From NCBI GenBank assembly GCA_965202985.1, contig CBDBCF010000001.1, positions 1,184,001-1,248,000 on the forward strand: a DNA stretch of 64,000 bases, in the 5' to 3' direction. The stretch's first letter is position 1; each line of letters opens with the position of its first letter. This DNA is from Longimicrobiales bacterium. Lineage in GTDB: Bacteria; Gemmatimonadota; Gemmatimonadetes; Longimicrobiales; Gaopeijiaceae. Under the pieces are notes generated by a model. The model was given only the letters and a program-made list of their open reading frames with translations. It did not search any database and was not told where the DNA came from. The position numbers and the translations under genes are program-made. This document shows positions 59,693-64,000 of the stretch, one piece after another.

Positions 59693-61674
59693 TGGACAGT
59701 CCGCTAGAGACGTCTCTTCAGGAATTGACAGACATCCAGCGCCAAGCGGTGGATTGGGACGGTGGAGCCTTGCTCGTGCTGGCCGGACCCGGCTCCGGCA
59801 AAACCCGAGTTCTCACTTGCCGAATCGCCCGCCTGCTGGACTCATCGCCGGACCGGCGCTTTCGCATTTTGGCCCTGACGTTCACCAACAAGGCGGCGAA
59901 CGAGATGGCCACTCGCGTGGGCGCCCTCGTTCCAGGGCTGGAGAGCCGTGCTTACATTGGAACATTCCATGCCTTCTGTGCGCAGGTTCTCCGGCAACAC
60001 GGCGTGCACTTGGGTATCAAGCCCGACTTTGCCATCTATTCGGAGACCAAGGATCGGCAGGCGGTGCTGGAAGACGCGCTCGGCCGTGACGACGAGCGGG
60101 GTTGGAGCGGCGAGCACTTGCGATTTCTTCCCTTGATCGATCACCTCAAGACTCGACTCGTGGATCCCGAATCGGCGGAACAGTACATCCGAACAACAAA
60201 TGGCCCGGCTGCCGACGACGCCGGTCACGTTGCCCGAGCCTACCGTCTCTACGAAGAAGAACTACGACGCATAAATGCACTCGACTTCAACTCGCTCATT
60301 CTGGATGCGTACCGCTTGTTTTCCTATCAGACCATGGCCCGCCAGTACCGAAGGACATATCGATACTGGCTGATCGACGAATTTCAGGACACCAATAGTG
60401 CTCAATACAAACTGTTGCGACGAATGGCTGGCAACGACTTTCGCGAGCTCTTCGCAGTAGGCGATGACGACCAGACGATCTTCGAGTGGAACGGGGCCAG
60501 CGTGCGCAGAATCGGCGATCTCGTGGAGGACTTCTCCTGTGACGTGGTCCAACTACCAACGAACTTCCGCTGTCCGCCACACATCGTCGAGGCCGCGAAC
60601 CGCCTTGTCGTGTACAATTCACACCGTCCAGTGTGGAAGCAGCCCGCCGCGCCGGCAGGAGCGCAGGGCTGTTCCGCTTCCTTGGACGAGGAGCAGATTC
60701 AGTGTCGCCAGTTCGAAACGAACGAGGCAGAGGTTGCGGGCATCGCGGACGAAATCGCGCGCCTAGATGCCGCGGCCCGAGGGCGAACCGCCGTGCTGGC
60801 TAGAACCCGATTCCTCCTTGAAGCAATGCACGGTGCTTTGGCCGCCAAGGACGTGCCCGCGATGATCACAATGCGTCGTGACGATTTCTTGTCTCCGCAG
60901 ATGCGGTGGCTCGTTGCCTGTCTGAAGCAGATCGCTCGGCCACTGGACCGACGCAACATGGCCGTGCTGGTCGAGGCGTTCGATCAATTCGCCCCTTCGC
61001 CCCTGGATTGGGACGAACTCGTGTCGCGATCGGAATCCGACCGACTCACTTGTCTTAAGGTGTGGACGGATGCGGTGAGCGATGCCGATATGCCGCGCCC
61101 CGTCGTCGCAATGGTGAACGTAGTTGCCGGCCTCGCCGCCGGAGCGGTCGGTCTCGCCGACGCCATCGAACAGCTTCTCGACCACTTCGACAACAACGAT
61201 CCAAACGACGGCGACAACCTTATCAAGGACGACCTGAGCGCATGGCGCAGGATTCAGCGCGAAATCAGGGACGTGCAGGGGCTAGCGTCGCTCGACCATT
61301 TCCTGCAGGAACTGCAGCTTCGATCCAAGGAGCCGGTGCCGGTGCCCGGGACGGTATCGCTGACTACCATTCACGGCGCCAAGGGACAAGAATTCGACAC
61401 GGTGTACCTGATCGGCATGGCGGAGGACATCTTGCCGTCGTGGCACAGCGTGAAGAAGGGCAACGGCAGTGCCGCGCTGGAAGAGGAGCGTCGCGGGTGT
61501 TTCGTGGCCGTCACGCGCGCCGAAAAGCGCCTCGTTCTGTCGTGGGCTGGGGAGTACCGCGGCTGGCCAAAGGCGCCCTCCCGATTCCTCAAAGAGATGG
61601 GCTGTCTCGAGCATGGGCCTCCCGCAACGGCTTGCGGGGACCGGATGACGGCGGCAGGGGCGACTGACGGGTGA
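59692..61674 (+). CDS. UvrD/Rep-family helicase, GajB-like
   Basis: TAATG overlap; AGPGSGKT, LTFTNKAA, IDEFQD, VGDDDQ, NFRC, TIHGAKGQEF, EERR...VAVTRA. Confidence 0.92.
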   Translation: MDSPLETSLQELTDIQRQAVDWDGGALLVLAGPGSGKTRVLTCRIARLLDSSPDRRFRILALTFTNKAANEMATRVGALVPGLESRAYIGTFHAFCAQVLRQHGVHLGIKPDFAIYSETKDRQAVLEDALGRDDERGWSGEHLRFLPLIDHLKTRLVDPESAEQYIRTTNGPAADDAGHVARAYRLYEEELRRINALDFNSLILDAYRLFSYQTMARQYRRTYRYWLIDEFQDTNSAQYKLLRRMAGNDFRELFAVGDDDQTIFEWNGASVRRIGDLVEDFSCDVVQLPTNFRCPPHIVEAANRLVVYNSHRPVWKQPAAPAGAQGCSASLDEEQIQCRQFETNEAEVAGIADEIARLDAAARGRTAVLARTRFLLEAMHGALAAKDVPAMITMRRDDFLSPQMRWLVACLKQIARPLDRRNMAVLVEAFDQFAPSPLDWDELVSRSESDRLTCLKVWTDAVSDADMPRPVVAMVNVVAGLAAGAVGLADAIEQLLDHFDNNDPNDGDNLIKDDLSAWRRIQREIRDVQGLASLDHFLQELQLRSKEPVPVPGTVSLTTIHGAKGQEFDTVYLIGMAEDILPSWHSVKKGNGSAALEEERRGCFVAVTRAEKRLVLSWAGEYRGWPKAPSRFLKEMGCLEHGPPATACGDRMTAAGATDG

Positions 61675-61856
61675 TCGGGCGAGATCATGGGCTCCACGAA
61701 GTCGGCAACGGGGCAGGGCGACCCGAACGGCCACTTCAGGGCCGATCGAGGTGCGTCGCGCCCGGACGCTTCCGACCCCCTCCCCCTTTTCCCAGGGACC
61801 GCGCCCACGCTCGTCGCCCCGGACCGCGATAGCTGACGCCCCCACCCAGCCCCCCA

Positions 61857-61886
61857 TTGACCCGCCCCGACCTCAGGGGTTACCTT
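61857..61886 (+). promoter_or_regulatory. Putative sigma70 promoter
   Basis: TTGACC-N18-TACCTT. Confidence 0.5.
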
Positions 61887-61892
61887 GCGAGA

Positions 61893-62135
61893 CGCAGTTG
61901 TCGAGCAGGACACGCACGTTCCGCCCGATGTCGAACCCCACAGCAAAGGAGGTGATCACTTGTCCAGTTCAAGTACCCAGCCCAACCCGGCAAGGGCAGG
62001 CGATCGCCGCTTCGGCCACTAAGCCGAAACACGATCGAACGTTCGCGCCGTAAAGCGGTCATCGCGCCGGGTTGCGGCCGGTCCGACGCCCCTCGGAGGT
62101 TCCCGTTTCGGAGCTTCCGGGGGGCGTCTTTCGTT
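61893..62135 (+). other. Putative small transcript (sRNA or 20-aa sORF mRNA; ORF 61960-62022)
   Basis: Promoter upstream; AAAGGAGGTGATC at 61945-61957; TTG start 7 nt after GGAGG; stop codon in a hairpin loop; terminator downstream. Confidence 0.5.
62085..62135 (+). terminator. Rho-independent terminator
   Basis: 19-bp stem with G-U pairs GACGCCCCTCGGAGGTTCC / GGAGCTTCCGGGGGGCGTC, followed by TTTCGTT. Confidence 0.75.
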
Positions 62136-62191
62136 CGCCGACGAGCCAGTGGACGACGCGCCGTGGCAGGCTGCGGGCTGACCTGCCAGCG

Positions 62192-62680
62192 TCAGTTCCC
62201 CTCGCCGGCCGCCAGCTGCTGGGGGAGCGTCGACAGCTCCACGACCTTGAGCCGGCGCTCGCCCGCCGGCAGCCGAACCGTCACCTCGTCGCCTTCGCGG
62301 GCACCCAGCAGGCCTCGGCCAATCGGCGACTCCAGCGACACGTGACCGGCGTCAAAGTCGATGAAGTCTCCGGCGACGATGGTGTAGGTGTCGGATTCGT
62401 CCACCGCCAAGTCGTGAACCCGGACCTTGGAGCCGAAGCCCACGCGGTCCTCCGGCATGTCGTCCAGGTCGATCTTGGCCAGCTCCGCCAAGCGACGGGA
62501 CAGGTGCCCGATCCGCGCCCGGACGAACTCTTGTCGCTCCAGGGCCGACTTGTACTCGGCGTTCTCGCGAAGGTCGCCCAGCTCGACGGCCTTCTCGATC
62601 CGATGCGGCAGCTCGACGTTGAGTTCCCGGGTCAGCGACTCGACCTCGTCGCCGATCTTTTCCTTGATCTCTTCCAGCAC
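62192..62680 (-). CDS. greA: Transcription elongation factor GreA/GreB family
   Basis: LGDLRENAEYKSA, VGFGSKV, VSLESPIGRGLLG. Confidence 0.92.
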   Translation of the reverse strand: MLEEIKEKIGDEVESLTRELNVELPHRIEKAVELGDLRENAEYKSALERQEFVRARIGHLSRRLAELAKIDLDDMPEDRVGFGSKVRVHDLAVDESDTYTIVAGDFIDFDAGHVSLESPIGRGLLGAREGDEVTVRLPAGERRLKVVELSTLPQQLAAGEGN

Positions 62681-62769
62681 GCGCGTATCCTCAACTGTGA
62701 AAGCAGGGGGGTTGCGACGACATCGCTACGATACATGCTAGCCGGGTGGAGCACCCGTCGCAAGGTGGG

Positions 62770-63111
62770 CTACTCGGGTCGTGGGCGAGCCCTGAGCCAC
62801 TCCCGAACCAAAAGATACGCCGTGCCGCCGATGGGGAGAGCAACACCGGCACCCGAAGTAACTGTTTCGCGAACCCAATCCAGTAGGACGCCACCGTTTC
62901 CCAGGTCGAACACCATCATCGCAAGCGCGGACGTTCCGACAACGCGAACAGCTATACCGGTGAGACGATACGCGATCCGCTCTACAACGGCATCCCACGA
63001 AGCCTGCCGTTGTCGGTGAACCCTTCCTTTCTCTCCCGTGGCGTCGTCGGTCGTGTCTGCGTTGCGAACTATCTCCGGAGCCAGCGCCACATGCTCGTCA
63101 AGATCACGCAT
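62770..63111 (-). CDS. Hypothetical small membrane protein, candidate toxin partner of Panacea
   Basis: ATG overlaps the Panacea gene end by 8 bp; two hydrophobic segments. Confidence 0.55.
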   Translation of the reverse strand: MRDLDEHVALAPEIVRNADTTDDATGEKGRVHRQRQASWDAVVERIAYRLTGIAVRVVGTSALAMMVFDLGNGGVLLDWVRETVTSGAGVALPIGGTAYLLVREWLRARPRPE

Positions 63112-63631
63112 CTGAGGTCCTCGCATACTCCTTGTATCGCTTATGCTTATCCGCGAAATGCTTTTTGATTTTCTCATCCCCGATCTTGCGATTCTTGTCG
63201 GATTCATAGGTCTCGCTCCAGGGCGTGCCGTCACTGTGCGTCATGTTCCGAAGCTGCCGGGCCGAGAACGGCTTGTATGCTTCCCAAACCTTGTGCAAGA
63301 CGCCAGCGACCCGGCCGTCGGGCTGAACTTCCGGGATGATGAACTCTCGGTTCTCGAAGTCGTAGTGCGCCGACCACTGCCTGATCGGTTGCCAACCGCA
63401 GTGCTTGAATTCATGATAGAGGTCGGGCACGACTGGACCGTATCGCCACGCTTCTATTCGGTCGGGAAACAGGGGACGGCCGAGTATTTCCCAGCACCAG
63501 CCGTACGCGATGTAGACCAGCTTCTGCAACTTGAGGTGGCTCAGGTCTCGGCGCTCCCTCTTGGCACGCTGGAGGAAGTAGTTCGCCACGTGACTGGCAG
63601 TGTATGGGAAGGGCGCACGCTCTGAAGCCAC
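63104..63631 (-). CDS. Panacea-domain (DUF4065/SocA-like) antitoxin
   Basis: VANYFL, LSHLKLQKLVYIAYGW, IEAWRYGPVVPDLY, MTHSDGTPW; GTG start after GAGGAG. Confidence 0.93.
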   Translation of the reverse strand: MASERAPFPYTASHVANYFLQRAKRERRDLSHLKLQKLVYIAYGWCWEILGRPLFPDRIEAWRYGPVVPDLYHEFKHCGWQPIRQWSAHYDFENREFIIPEVQPDGRVAGVLHKVWEAYKPFSARQLRNMTHSDGTPWSETYESDKNRKIGDEKIKKHFADKHKRYKEYARTSDA

Positions 63632-63814
63632 CGACTCCTCCTCTGCTCTGCCACCGCGCGATAAAGGCCGGGGCTCCGGGTTCGACCCGTCCTCTTCGAA
63701 GAATGAAGTTACGGTCAGCCTACGCCGGGGGCAATACGGCGAGTCCTACGCCCCCGGCCGCGGAACAATCGGACGGGACCCCGAGCGCGTGAAGAGCGCT
63801 TTCGCAGCATGGGC

Positions 63815-64000
63815 TCACTCGACGAAGCCCCCTTCGCCCGGCAGCGGCCCGTCCCCCGCCGCCAGCCCCCACGCCCGTCGCGCGGTCGCCATGACCGCCG
63901 CCCGATCCGAGCCCGCGACGTTCACGTGGCCCAACTTGCGGCCGGGCCGGGGGGACTTGCCGTAGAGGTGGAGGCGCAGGCCGGGGACCGCGGCCAGGGT
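63815..64000 (-). CDS. purK: N5-carboxyaminoimidazole ribonucleotide synthase, 3' end only
   Basis: Manual translation LRLHLYGKSPRPGRKLGHVNV; TGA at 63815-63817. Confidence 0.88.
   Translation of the reverse strand, partial: TLAAVPGLRLHLYGKSPRPGRKLGHVNVAGSDRAAVMATARRAWGLAAGDGPLPGEGGFVE

Noticed and set aside
61945..61957. 16S rRNA gene fragment on the minus strand
   Set aside because: The match is limited to 13 nt; the flanks do not continue as 16S sequence
1..64000. tRNA, rRNA and prophage genes
   Set aside because: None recognised by eye; tRNAscan/Infernal were not run

Overview
High-GC bacterial chromosomal window. Gene content (Tat-exported oxidoreductases, a VPS10/BNR hydrolase, plug-only lipoproteins, several 6-bladed beta-propellers, TonB-dependent receptors) suggests a Gemmatimonadota-like organism; this is an inference. 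A housekeeping backbone (M28 peptidase, quinone oxidoreductase, DnaQ-like exonuclease, ppk2/sixA/fbaB/ppk1, isochorismate synthase, modABC with regulator, phoX, APC-USP permease, greA, purK) is interrupted by several accessory blocks. (1) Fic + HEPN/MNT at 1.7-4.0 kb. (2) An A/T-richer cassette at 30.3-35.2 kb with a consensus sigma54 promoter and paired enhancer-like boxes, a beta-propeller lipoprotein, a redoxin-like membrane protein, an 8-Cys secreted peptide, its own GAFTGA enhancer-binding protein and an ISL3 relic; it sits in a 'filled allele + empty allele' tandem duplication. (3) A secreted lipoprotein followed by two tandem TonB receptor/lipoprotein pairs and a propeller at 36.5-45.3 kb. 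(4) A second Cys/His-rich secreted protein + propeller pair bounded by a relic copy of the neighbouring M50 gene, followed by a defence-type block (DUF499-like relic, Fic, Gabija-like OLD nuclease + UvrD). (5) A stand-alone small transcript with a 13-nt perfect 16S-complementary box, and a Panacea antitoxin paired with an unknown membrane protein. The best candidate for an undescribed system is the recurring 'Cys-rich secreted peptide/protein + 6-bladed propeller' module, in one case with self-contained sigma54 control. All family calls are from motif recognition by eye; no database searches were run.
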